A stretch of 64,000 nt of DNA from the human T2T-CHM13v2.0 reference genome, Homo sapiens, in NCBI RefSeq assembly GCF_009914755.1, contig NC_060931.1. One strand, given 5' to 3'. The position numbers and the translations under genes were made by a program. Below, piece after piece: positions 32,999 through 47,372 of the stretch (within the stretch, counting starts at the first letter, position 1; the number at the start of each line of letters is the position of its first letter). Under the pieces are notes generated by a model. It did no database searches. It saw nothing but the letters and a program-made list of their open reading frames with translations, and was not told where the DNA came from.

Positions 32999-34519
32999 TT
33001 AAGTCAGCCAAAGATGGTTTTACTCAAGTTGCATTGTCAACAGATTAAAAAAAAAGCATGTCTAGATGACCTGAGAGCATCCGAACAATTTGGTGGCAGC
33101 CTGCTGCTTTTTGGAAGAGGCTATTCCCTGGCTGCATCCTGAATCTGATCACCAAATTTTATTTACCTTTACAGAAATGAAAATATCAGACCACAAAGAC
33201 TGCAGCCATATGTTACTTATTATGTTACTTATTACTTATTATGACAGAGACTGTAAACTAGTTAGCATTGTTTTAAAAATTAGGGAATATATCTGATACA
33301 AAAATTCAGAATAACCTGGCATCTTTGCTTTGAATCAAAAAGTAAACATTTTAAGGGCTTTTCATTGATTCTATTGCCAACTGTCAACTTAGTGCAGCAT
33401 CCAATTCAGCATGTTGGATAAATTTATTGGTTTTTGTGCTTCTCTGAGAATTTTTTGTATGTATCATTTAAATTTCCCTGGGTGCTGTTGTGATATTGCC
33501 TTCTTTGTAAACAGTGGTTGGTTGGTATTCACATTTGATGATGAGTTTTCTATCACAGCCCCTTGAATTAAAAATGAGATTCTCCATTCTCTCCACATGA
33601 CTAATGCCCTGGCTAAATCTTTGCCATGCTCACACTTGATTGCCAGAAGCTGTCTGGTTAAATACCAATTCCTCCTAAATTTTCAGAAATGCCTGGGTTC
33701 CATAAGCAATTCCCTTTTGGCGTTTGTGAATAGATAGTTGAAATAAAAGAGGTTCAACCATGAGCACATCATGTAACTCCCACAGTACCATTACTGTCAG
33801 GAACCCTTGAATTAAAAAATGTCTCATCTCAGTGCAAGTAACATAAGACAAATTAACCAGCAAAAGCACAACGAGTTGCTTTGCAAAAATGCTATTTTAG
33901 TTAGGTCCCTTAAAGCAGATCTCAGTCTAAACTCTGTAATGCAAACAGAACTGTAGAAAAACTCTTTATAGCTAATCATTATCAGTGTGGATGCTGCAGG
34001 CTGGCTGAGAATAGGAACACAAATTTTCCATCACAATGGCAGGAGAGCCTGAAAACAAGACCCCCAAAGTCGGGGGGAAGAACATGTTTGTTGTAGCAAG
34101 GAAATGACATCTCTACCTAAGGATGATTCTCTAAGTGGTAAGGGTTCCACTGTAATGAAGGTAAAGACCTTCCTTTGTATACTCAGCTGCCTTTAGAAGT
34201 ATGGATTTGGGGCAGTGGATGAGGTTTACCTCACTGGTATGACTTCCACATTCCACAGAAAAACCAAGAAGACGGAACTAACTTAACTGTTTTAGGGCCA
34301 GTAGCTTTCTTCAGGTTTCCTTAATTGTCTCCTTTCCTCTGAGGCAACGGGCATAACTTGAATAGTTTGCCAGAGGCCATGTATCTAAGCCAGAGGCAGA
34401 AATGGGACCAATTATCCCTCCCCCAGTAGCCCTCTCCCACAACAGAAACCTCATGGCACAGAATTAAACTGAAAAAGTAAAATAGCAGTTCCAATGAAGT
34501 TACATATAGAAAAAGTGTT

Positions 34520-35720
34520 CCTTCCTGGCTAGACTCTCTTCTGAGCTTCAGACTCACACGTCCAGCTGATTACTAAACATCGTCACCTCATTGTCTGTCC
34601 AACAGCAACTCTAACTCAACAGCAGTAGAAGCAGTAGACAGGGCTAACTACCTTTCTCCCAAAGTGGTTCTTCCTCTTAATTCCCAATCCTGGTTAATGG
34701 CAACACCATTCACCCAAGCAGAAACCTGGGGGTCACGCTACACTCCTTGTTTTCTCAACTTCTCTGCATCTGTCCCTGTCCTCATATGTATCCCATCGCT
34801 CACAAGCTCAATTCAGGCCTTTACATGGTTATTCCAGTATTCCCCTGTCCCTCTCCCGCCAACCTCTTTTCATTGTCACCAGAGTAATCCTTCTAAGGAA
34901 AAGCTTGCCAAATGTGTCATGCTGACTGAAGCATTCAGGCCTGTACACATACTGCTGTTCTTTTTTCTCCTCCTCCCCACAGGCCTGGTGATTTCTTGTT
35001 CTTTCTGAAGGTAATAAGAATCTTCTCCTATGGGTGCCTTCCTCGACTCTATGCTCTTCACAAGCAGAGATGTCCACTCTCTCTGTTCAGTAGTAATGGC
35101 ACCCCACTCTGATTATTATGCCTCATTACAGATTCATGAGTCTCTGTCTTCCCTCCTAGGTTTTGAGTGTCTTCATTCAGTAAATAATTTCTGAGCACCT
35201 GTTATGTACCAGACAGTCAACTGGGGATATAGAGAGAAATGGTATCATTTCTATGTACAGTAAGTTCTCAGTCTAGTTGGGAAGAAAATGGGTAAATAAG
35301 GCTATTACTACTCAATGTATCTTTGCTATGACAGAGGCATTCACAAAGTACTAAGGGCACAGAAAGAACAGACATCTAACCCAGAAAGTGGGGGTGGTGG
35401 GTAGTCAGGGAGAGCTGCCAGGAGGTGGTGACATATCGGTTGAGTTTTGAAGTGCCAGTAGGAGTTCCCTAGGCAAAGAGGAAAGCATTCTAGGCAGAGA
35501 GAGTAGCATATGCAAAGGCTGCAAAGTTTGAGGGAATGGTATATTTGGGAAACTGTCAGTAGTTTATTATACTGTTCAGGAGTTTAGGTTTTATTTTAAA
35601 GGCAATGGCAAGGCACTAAAAAGTTAAGCATGGGGTAACCTGACCGGGGAAGCTGAGTGGTGGTTAGAAATCTCCCTGTGACCTCACTATGGAAAGTGGA
35701 AGAAGAGAAAGCTGGAAGAC
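34520..35720. mobile_element. Two degraded L2 fragments in opposite orientation (about 34520-35170 plus, about 35170-35720 minus)
   Basis: ctctcttctgagcttcagactcac... then ttcattcagtaaataatttctgagcacc...ggaggtggtgacat...gcagagagagtagcatatgcaaagg. Confidence 0.65.
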
Positions 35721-37223
35721 TGAGGAAGGGAGTTGAGTTGCGGTGTTGTCACATGGTCTATCCAAGTGAGACATTAGGAGGCTGTGGGGAAGGAGATGAT
35801 GAGGACAATGACACAGAGTCTGGGTCTCTTTTAACTGTGTGTCTGGATGAGGTGCACTGAATATATTAGTGAATGAGTGAAGTACTTCCACATGGGTTAT
35901 CTTGAACCCATGGGAGAGGGAGGTATAAACCCCCTCGAACCCCATATCGAATCTTGACAGCCACTGCCGCCTTGTGGTTACTTGTGTCCTGAGACTGACA
36001 TTTTAACCAAAAACCATGTGGAGGGCAAAAGGGATCTTGTATTGTGATAGAAATAGTCCCGTCTTTTGACTCTGGTCCCATACTTGAGTTTAGCAAGACT
36101 TAGAAAATTTGAAGTTTTCATTCACTTGTGTGTTTATTTTCCCTTTTCCCTACAAGGAACTTATGAGACTTAAAGGAGAAGGCATTAGCCTGGAGGAGAG
36201 AAGTGGTGGTTTGAAAGCTACGGGGGAGGAGGAGAAGCAGAGGGGTTTAGGGGCTGCGTAAGGGCTGAGCTGAAGTCCCCTCTGTGGGGGCCTCAGGAAT
36301 GAGGCTCCGGGAAGTCAGGGACATTATTTTTATTGGGTTCCCAGGAGCCTGGGCTGACCTCTTCACCTGGCAGATTTCCATAATTTCGGCTTTCCATGTA
36401 GGGTCCCCTCAGAGGGAGAGGCTCTGATACATGCTGAATCTCTCCTATGCCCTTTCCCCATTCCAGGGTATCAGTGCCATTGGGTGGTGAGGGTTGTGTC
36501 TACTGATTTTCTGCCTCATTTTGGAGCAACGGAAGTTTGGGAATAGTTCAAGATCTTACTAAATCGAGGAAAAAACATTTCTAGGGGCTGGTGGTGGTTA
36601 GGTAATGGAACGAAAATGCTGCTGCTGACATAGACTCTGACCGTTGCAAAGCACTCTGGGCATTATTTTAAAAGTGGGCTGACTCACGGGGACCTGGTTT
36701 CAATGGCAACAGACTCAGTCCAGACCTGGCTTCAAGACTTCCATCTCTCTTTGGAACAGTATGAACTGTGAAAGGGTTGAATTTTCATTTTCATTCCAAT
36801 ATCAGTATTCTGTATAATAATTTTAACTGGAACTCCCTAAATAAATTTGGGATGTGATCTCTTTCACTGTCATCTGGATATATAAGAAGATCGACTTATC
36901 AGGGGGACAGCAGGAGGTGGGGCAAGGGGTTCTCTTGTTACTTTCCTACTTTCCGACCTCATCTGACTTCAGTGCAGTGGCCAGTGTGTGACAAAAGAGT
37001 GTCACTTTCCGCTATCACAATCGGGAGAATTAATTTTTTAAAACCAATAGAAAATTCGCAGCCCTTTTAGAAATGAAGAAAAAGACCAACTGTGACTCTG
37101 ATGTAGTCTCTTTCTATACTCTCTCTGCCACAGAGCTATCTTCAACTGAGCTATGTTACTAAAATGAAACTTCTAAGATCTCCACTCATTCTCAGAGTAT
37201 TTTTAAAATATCGAGTTCCAGTT

Positions 37224-37269
37224 GAGAGGGAGAGGGAGAGGGAGATGGTGGGGGGGTGGGGGAGGGAGG

Positions 37270-37309
<40 letters not shown>

Positions 37310-37320
37310 GAGACAGAGAT
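37224..37320. repeat. G/GA-rich purine tract
   Basis: Seen directly in the sequence. Confidence 0.9.
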
Positions 37321-39102
37321 ACTAAAACCAGATAAAGGTAATTCAGGAGTCTCTGTGTGCACTGCATTATGTGGGTCAAGGAAATGCCAAATTTAGGAAA
37401 CTGATCAAAGGACTTAAGAGGAATTCTAAGCACTCATTTTTTTCCTATGGAAGAAATACTTTTATCTGTGGTCCCCTTGGGGCAACTAACAACCTTAGAG
37501 TAATGTCACAGGGACAAGGCGGAGTGGGATAACTGCTGTGTCTAGGGCCCCGCCTAGTAAGTTCTGCATTCCTACTCACACATTTCTGCTCATACATCAT
37601 AGCGGATTTTTCTTTAACAAAACACCAAATCTTTGAACTTGCTTGGGGCTTTCCAGGTAAAAAACTTTTTCTTTTTTTGCCTATGGAAGGCCAAGGCAGG
37701 AGAAGGCAAACATCTCATAATTCCTTATGTTGTTAATAGTTCAGGTTGTAAGAAAAAATTTAAACTCTGTACTGTATGCATTTTTGTAGCCAAGTCATAT
37801 ATAAAGTATTTGGCTTGTCTCAATGAAATATTTATAAGAATTAGATTAAATCCTGGATTTACTTTAGCCATGAGTCATGGCAGTCCCAGCTCAAAGGGTT
37901 GCTTGGACATAGTTACAAACGTGCTTACCTGGTTGTAATCAGTTAATTGCCCTCATGTTACCATTGCATCCTAAGAGCCTATTTTGCATGATCATATATG
38001 ACTAAAGTGATCCCAGATTATAACTAGGTATGAGGAATTGAGCTTCTTTGGAATATTATACCAATAAATCATGAATAATCTCTATTCCTTATTTCATGAT
38101 GGACTTAGCTATGGACGATTTTTGTGGCTAATGATCTGAGGTCACAGGCTAATGCCATCATCGTTCCTCCCTTATAGGCTGGTTTCTCCCACTGACACTA
38201 GACCCCTCATGGACAGGGAACACACCTATTGTCTCTGTGTCATCTATACCTGCCACAGTTCCTGAGAAGTAGGCCCTCGGTTAATCACAGTTGAGTCAAT
38301 GAATGTTTGGTTTGCCTTTCAGCGATAGTAAACGTCTTCATTTGTTAAGCTTTAGGGCACCTCAGCATACCTCAAGCTTTCTTGAAATACTGCCTTACGC
38401 AGTTCCATCCAAATCATGACAATTTCAATGGTACTTACAGGAGACCAAATGAGGCTTCAGTACTGGTGACCTACATACATTGGTAGTGACAGGTAAAGTT
38501 ATAGGAAACAAATGCTAGGATTGAGAGTAAGAGGAATGGAGGCTGAGTCTGAATGAAATAATGAAGTTCCAGGAAAAGGAAAAGTCAGAATTAGGGTCTT
38601 TGCTGCTGCAGTCATTGTTGTGGGTGCTCTGACGCTGGGATGCCTGTGCCCTAACGGCCCTGATGGAACAAAGGACAGGCTGATTTCCAACTTGATGGTG
38701 ATCTTTAATATCTACTGACTGTTTTCATGATTAACTTTGTTCAATATTATTTAATAACCATTACAGGAAGAATATTTTTCAAGGGGTTACACTGAATGTT
38801 TTCATTAACCTTCCCATTTCTTTCATTAGATCGCGATTGAATTAGATGGGTTCCAAGTGCCTATTACAGGGCCTGGCTTTTGTTATAAACTGTTAGGCTC
38901 AGTTGCCTCAGCAAGGCACAGGAGCCCATAAAATTAGCAGGTTTTTCCAGAGAGAAAACTTCTAATCCAATTGGAAACTGAAACACATGTTTGAGAGCAC
39001 CAGAACTGTGAATTTTATTTGCTTCAATTCATTTATGTATTGAAAACTGTCTGAGACTCTCTTTATACTATGTTTTAGACAGTAATCACTTAAACAGAAA
39101 AC

Positions 39103-39403
39103 AGGCTGGGCATGTTGGCTCATGCCTATAATCTCAGTTCTTTGGAAGGCTGAAGTGGGAGGACTGCTTGAGTCCAGGAATTCAAGACTAGCCTGAAACA
39201 CATGGCAAAACCCGCATCTCTACAAAAAATAAAAAACATTTGCCAGGTGTGGTGGTGTATGCCTAGCTACTCAGGAGGCTGAGGTGGGAGGATCACTTGA
39301 GCCCAGGAGTTCGAGGCTGCAGTGAGCCATGATTGCACCTCTGTATTCCAGCCTGGGGAACAAGTGTGAGGACTTATCTCTAAAACAAAACAAAATAATA
39401 AAA

Positions 39404-39442
<39 letters not shown>
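39103..39442 (+). mobile_element. AluJ followed by (CA)n
   Basis: J-type Alu with a tail-derived microsatellite. Confidence 0.92.
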
Positions 39443-39447
<5 letters not shown>

Positions 39448-40080
39448 AAACAAAATCAAACCCAAAAAAGTCCCAGCATCTCTTGAGAAACTTCATCCAA
39501 GCAGAAGTGTGAAATGACCCTTATGGATGCACAGAAGAGAGAAGAATCCTTCATCAAGGTTCTGCCTAAGCACATAACCTGCTTAGGAGGGTCACAAAGG
39601 TGAGGGGAAAAAGCTGCTATTGGAAGTGAAAGGCTGCTGCAGGATTCTGAGAATTCACCACTTGATGCAGGTGGTACGCCTTCTTTGGTGTTGTTATTAT
39701 TTGTGTTTAGAAAAGATGTAGTCACAGCTCAGAAAATATCCGGCCTTTGACTTGAGCACAGTATCCTATGGTGGGAGTGTGGCCTTGTCTGGACATTCAT
39801 AACGGGGAGCTGGCTTTAGCAAAGATTTAGGGGGAGCTCTCCCTTCCGGAGCCTCCATTTCTATTTACAAAAATCCTCTAAATTAAAATGTGAAAATATA
39901 AGTAAAATTGGAAGATGACACAGTATCCCTACTGTGGAAGTAGTTGAGCTCTAAATTATGATCTGGTATCTTCTTCACTGATTCCTTCCTTTTTCCTTGT
40001 CAACTGTTACTGATATTAATCTCATACAGAGAATTTTATTAGATAGCTTCTTTCTAAATCTCCTTACTCTTCTAGGGCTC

Positions 40081-40395
<315 letters not shown>

Positions 40396-40489
40396 TCTCT
40401 TCTAGGGCTCTTAACTGGGGTTTATGTTTAATTCTTTTAAGTTTTCCCCTCCCCTAGCTCTATGCATGCTCTCTGGGTGATCACTTCCC

Positions 40490-40798
<309 letters not shown>

Positions 40799-42613
40799 TT
40801 CCTACCTTTCTAAGGTATTTGGCATGTTTCCTTTTTGGTGCCTTTCTCTGTGCTGTTCTTTTTGCTAGAATCTGAGTCCTCCTTCTCCCCACTTCAAAAA
40901 GGGAAATCCTACTTATCTTTTAGGAACCAAACTTCAGGGATGATATCATCCAGACAGCCTTTTATGATCCCAGCAGTCTGGGTTGGGTGCCTTTTCTGTG
41001 CATTTCTTTAGAAGTATTGACCTTTGCCAATAATATTGTAAGCTCTCCAAGGACAGGAACTCTGTCACATGGGAAATAACCACATATATCTGTTCAACAG
41101 ATGGATGAATGTTTGAAAAAAGGCATTTTTCAGAAATTATCTTTTTGGCTGTATGCTCCTTAGAGTTTAAACCAAATGTAAACAAGGTTTATAATAAAAT
41201 TCTAATTTGGTTTCATAATATATGTCAACCAGGTTTGATCATGATCAAATAATATATGGGAAGTGCATTGTAATCTCTAAATATACAAATGTAAACTATT
41301 ATTAATCATAGTAGTTACAATTAACAATAGATCATTATAATTATCATAATAACGGTAGAAGAGATAAAAAAAGTAATAAATTTTTCATAATGAACCTGGG
41401 AGAGAAGCGGTTGAGCTTCTGAGGGTGTATTAAATGGGGAAATGGGGCAAATGATATTTTTCTGGAAATATCATTGAGAGGTTAAAAATGAAAACAAAAC
41501 AAAACAAAAACAACTCTTCTTTTTGATAAGCACTGCCTGATAGAAATTCTTTTAGGACATGAATGGTATTTTGTATTCCATGATTTTAGATGAAGTTCTT
41601 AGGAAAAGAATCTCATGAATGTTGGGCAGATAATCCAAACCCTAAACTAATACAGAGAAATAACTGCAAGTGTGGCAACAGACATGAATGTGAAGAAAGA
41701 GATTTTAAAGACAAGCTGGTTGGAGCAAAACATTTTCTACAAAGGAAAAATAACTACCATCATTACATTTTTCATATGCTAGTTTGACTGCTCAGGTGAA
41801 AAGAAACTGGGGCAATATCTTAAAATTATCGGCCTAAGAATAGAAAGCTATCACTGGCAGCTCAGCTAGCTTATCCAGTTCTCAGAAATCACTTATATTA
41901 GGTCATGAAGTCAGTTTCCCTAGTTGACTGAAAAATAAACAAAAAGGAAATCAAAGAGGAAACTTTCTATTGTGAACTCTGTATGAGCGTTATTTCTCTT
42001 CCTTGGATGTAATTGAGAGAAAATGCGGGATTATTATTATGTATACTTATCTAATCAGATACATTTATTTTCTGGATAAGCATTCGGCTTTGTGCAATGA
42101 CTTCTATACTGACTCATGGTAACAATTCCTTGTTTTCCTGAAGCTAACTGTCTTGCATATTGCATTTACATTTCAACTTTTTAGCACCTTCTCTCCTCTC
42201 TGACCTCTGCTTCTGTCTTTACATCTCTCTCTCAGACTGTGTGTGCACCAGTCCTAGACCTGACAAGTTAACAGCATGAATGAGCATGAAAAGGTACACC
42301 AAGATGGGTGGCGGGGACATCGGTTAGCTGGGATTTTGAAGATAATTTAATGATGGGACTGTTTTCGAAGAATGGGCAGGGTTAATGCAATCAAAGAGGG
42401 CTGTTGAGGCAATGAAGGATAAATATGGTGAGTGCTGTTACCACCTCTAGTCTGAAAGACATCAGGGAGGAAAAGAAGTTACAGGGGCTGAGTGAGAGCT
42501 GGCGCCATGAAAGAGAGGCTGCCTGTCTACAGCTGGAGCTGTAGCGGGAAGGAATGCTGCCAGGCCCACAGCACCAAGGCAGGAGCAAAGGGTAAGAAAT
42601 ACCCCAACCTCTC

Positions 42614-43088
42614 TGTGGCAGACAGAATAAAGTCCCCCATCCCCAGATGTCCACCTCCTAGTCCCTGGAAGCTGTGTTATGTTCCCTTACATGGCAAAAA
42701 GGATTTTGCAGATGTGCTTACCTTAAGGATCTTGAGATGGGACGATTATCCAGGATTGTTTGGGTGGGCCTAATATAATCACAAAGGTCAAAGTCTGAGA
42801 GAGAAATGCAAGACAGAAGCAGAGGTCAGAGAGGACAGAAGGTGCTAAGCTGCTGGCTTTGAAGATGGAGGAAGGAAATATAAGCCAAGGAGTTTCTAGA
42901 AGCTGGAAAAGGAAACGAAATGGGTTCCTACCCCAGAGTCTCCAAATGGAACCAGCCCTGCTGACATGGTACTTTGATTTTAACCCAGTGAAACAAACCG
43001 ATTTCAGACTTCTGACTCCAGAACTGTAAGACAATCGATTAGTGTTGTTTGTGGTCATTTATTACAGCAGGAATAGAGAACTAATGTA
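42614..43088. mobile_element. MLT1D-like MaLR solo LTR nested in an older MLT1-like LTR (about 42250-43260)
   Basis: tgtggcagacagaataa...ggattttgcagatgtg...gattatccaggattg...acagcaggaatagagaactaatgta. The flanks resemble MLT1J/H. Confidence 0.8.
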
Positions 43089-43659
43089 CTTTCTCTCTTT
43101 CTGCCCTCTGATCTCCTGCTGATGCTTCTCATTGGCCAAATCCAATAGGAAGCCAGAAGGCAAGAGGGTTTGGGTGATACAGACATAGCCATCATTCCCC
43201 CAGAGTAGGGCAGAGAAGCAAGTAGAATAAATCTGGGGGAGAAGGTAGAATAAAGGAAGAACAAGCACTGGGGTGGGGTAGGTGTGGGATGGAATTGATT
43301 TTAAAACATCAAATATGCCAAATATGCCAGACGAAGGCTTTAAGCAATAATTCAAGAACAAGACAAAAATCAAATGGCAGTCTAGCTCAAATCCTATTGG
43401 AGAAACTTTTTGGAAACCTTTATTTGTTTTAATATTTTACTTTAACATGTGTCGCCTCTATACCATTATAGAAAGAGGAGTGGCGTCAGGGTTACTGAGT
43501 TGAATGCTCTTTTTAAAATTGCCTAAGATGTCAGAGTTACCTTTGCCTCTGGTCAGTTTCCAAGTCCCGTCAGTTCTACATGTACCCTGTCTCCAGCAGC
43601 TGCCTCTCATTTCCCATTTCTCTTGCTGCCATTCTACATTGGCTGTTCCTCTCTTTCCC

Positions 43660-44250
43660 CTCTTCTTTCCATCCATATGGTTGCCATAATTATATTTCAA
43701 AGAGCATCTCTGATTTTGCCTCACTCCTCCTCAAACACCTCCCCTCCTGCCCCATGCTTCTTGAACAGAATCCAAACTCCTTGACATGAGGTGTAAATCC
43801 TTTAGGACCTTGTCCCTGTGACCTTCTGGCTTATCACCACCCTTCTCTTGTGTTTAGTCTGGCCCACTTGTACTTCCTCCACTCTTCCTTCCTCGGCATT
43901 TTTGCTGCTGTCCTCAGCCTTCCTTGTTATTTTTGTCATTCTCCCTGGATCCTTCAATCCCATCTCCTAATCATGCCCATTCTTCAAGGCTCTGCTCAAA
44001 TCCTCCAAGAAGCCATTGCTGGTCACTCCAGGGGAAATTTATCCTCCCTTCTCTGTGTGTCCACTGCTCTTACAGCTATGCCTCTCTTATAGCACTTACA
44101 GTCACACTGCCTGTTAGTCTAGGTATCTGTGTATTTATTTTCCCCACTACCATTTCTGAACCTACTCAATTATAAACTCTTGGAAAGAGGGAGTGTATCT
44201 TTGTATCTTCTAGTAGTAGCTGGTGCATTGCCTTGAAAATAATAGATGAT
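43660..44250 (+). mobile_element. L2 fragment
   Basis: aaagagcatctctgatttt...aatccaaactccttgacatg...gctcaaat are L2-like motifs. Confidence 0.55.
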
Positions 44251-45039
44251 AAAACCTTGCAGTGGGGACAAATTGATTACTGTGTAGGGCACAAATGATT
44301 AATGGCAGAGGGAGAGTCTTTGGGGGAGGTGAGGGTGTATGGGAGACTGGAGGGGGGCTTTGAGGCAGCCTGTGCCTTGCTCACTATGGTTTTCCTACTG
44401 TCAACTGAGGTGCCTGGCACAAGATAAGAGCTTCATAAATATTTCTTAAATGAATAAGTAAATGCTATCTACTTCACTTTGGCCAAAGGCAACCTTGAAT
44501 TCTGAGAGAACAAAGTCTTAACAAAGGTCCCTAATATTTGTTATAATATGAAGAAGGCAAAAAAAATGTATTGAGGTAAAAACAACACAATCTTCTACTT
44601 GCAAGGAGAGGCAAGCTTACAAACAGCAAGCCTGTGCCAGCAACCAGCTGAGGAAGACACAGCCACAAGGTGGAAGCATCTCTTTTCTTTCTGAAATAAC
44701 CATGCCTTTGTTGGCATAACTGGCTGAAAGCAGACAGACTGATTTTTGCATTTACCAGTCCTGTGAGAAGCACTGGGAAATACACTCTTATTTATGATAG
44801 TTATTCTATAACTACCTCCCAGTATACAGCTTGAGAGCAGAGATTTGATTGTATATTTCCACAATATCTTTTGTAGCTTTTAACATCGTAGTGACTGATG
44901 TGTATGTGTGTGTATGTGTGTGTGTGTGTGTGTGTGTGATAAGAGAGTAAGAGTGAATGAATAAGAGACAGAATGATCGATTGAATGATTTGGGGGTAAA
45001 TTAAGGAAGTGGTTGCTGATAATTATTACTCTGCACCCA

Positions 45040-45360
45040 CTGCTATGGTCTGAATGTGTCCCTCCAAATTCATGTGTTTGAAACAGCCCCCAGTGCAACA
45101 GTGTAGGGAGGCAGAGTCTTTGGGAGGTTTTTGGGTCATGAATGGGTGAATGCTGCTATTAAAAGGGCTTGCGGGAGTGGGTTTGTCCTCTCTTGCCCTT
45201 CTGCCATCTGCCATGTGAGGACACAAGAACGTTTATACCAGATATTGGTGCCTTGATCTTGGACTTCCCAGAAACCAGAACTGTGAGAAATAAATTTCTC
45301 TACTTTACAAATTACTCAGTCTCAGGTATTCTGTTATGGTAGCACAAACAGACTAAGACA
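45040..45360. mobile_element. MST-family solo LTR
   Basis: tgctatggtctgaatgtgtccctccaaattcatgtg...gtagcacaaacagactaagaca. Confidence 0.88.
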
Positions 45361-46764
45361 CCAATTAAAGCATGCATAGGGGCACTGAGGGCAAGGAGCT
45401 CATCTTATTAATCTTTTTATCTCTGGTTTCTCTTATCCTTACTTAAGGTGATGACACTGACCTTTGGGAGGAATAGGAATTTATGAAAGATCTCATAGCT
45501 TATAAGTGGAAATAACAAGACCAGTTGCAGGTTCCCTAATTCCAACACCCAGAGCTCCTTACCCTTTATGAAGTTGCTTCAGCATTGCGGAAGTAGGGAG
45601 TGGGGAGAAAGGCACAATAGTAGGATTTTACTTGGTTCAGAGATAAAGGTTTCTTCTACATGAAGAAGCAGCTATTTGAGATTTTATGATGTATTGTTAA
45701 CCTTTGGGACATTGTTTGCAAATACATATTCATGTGTTGCAAATAGCTTTAAAACCCAGGTTCATTTAAGCATGAGTAGGATGAAAAAGAAAGTCTGATT
45801 CACGTGTACTGAGGATAGCTGTAAGTGTGAATACATCTAGTTAGTACTTCATGGGTCTGAATTTCCCTGGTCACTATAACTACCTTCTCTTCAAATAAAT
45901 GTTAGTTTTGTCCTTAGCTTTCAAAACTACATGTGTTAAAGTTTCAGATCAGTGGGATCACCAATGTCCTTGTGCCCAATTTTAACAGTGCACAAGGAGT
46001 ATACCAAGTGAAAAACCTCATGTCTCTGAGGTCTACTATCTTTGTTTGGCCATAATAAAAATACAGTCTGTCTCTAATAGCTTGATTTAAGGTCAGCTCT
46101 TCAGAGAATCTGTACTCTTTGCCATAATACTCAATGGTATTGACAATGAGTGCATGGATTATACTGATTTTTCTATTGATATGCTAACAAAATAAATAGA
46201 AAGAGTAGCAGTGCATCACTATCATTTTGATGCACGAAATAAACATTATCCATTTTACTTTCTTTGACTATTTAAAGTCACATATTAATTACTTAAATTT
46301 TACAACTAGGAATGTAGCCGAGTGTCTAAAAATCTTGTTTCTGTTCATGTTAATTCAGATTGTCCATCCATGCATGAGAACAGCTGAGCTATGAAATTGG
46401 GCAGCATGTTTTCTGGCAATAATGAGGAGATAATATTCCTTAGGAGTATTTAAGTGACATCACTATTAATAGGTTAATTGGAAATAAAAACATAAAGCTT
46501 TCTTAAATCACTAAAATAAAAAGCCTCTGGTTTATTGTAGCTTTGCAATGTACTTTTTGAACTGTCCCACTTTTCAGTTTCGGTTAATAATTGTCTGATT
46601 AATGTAACTGCAGCTGCTCTCAGAATTCCACATTCCATTATCCTATGGATAATCAGCCATTTCAAAAGGAGACTTTCCCATGCATATGTTGATTCACAGT
46701 CATACTGTTACCTCTATTGCTTTACCAATTTCTTGAAAAAATGACTCCTGCATCCAATGAAGTA

Positions 46765-47372
<608 letters not shown>
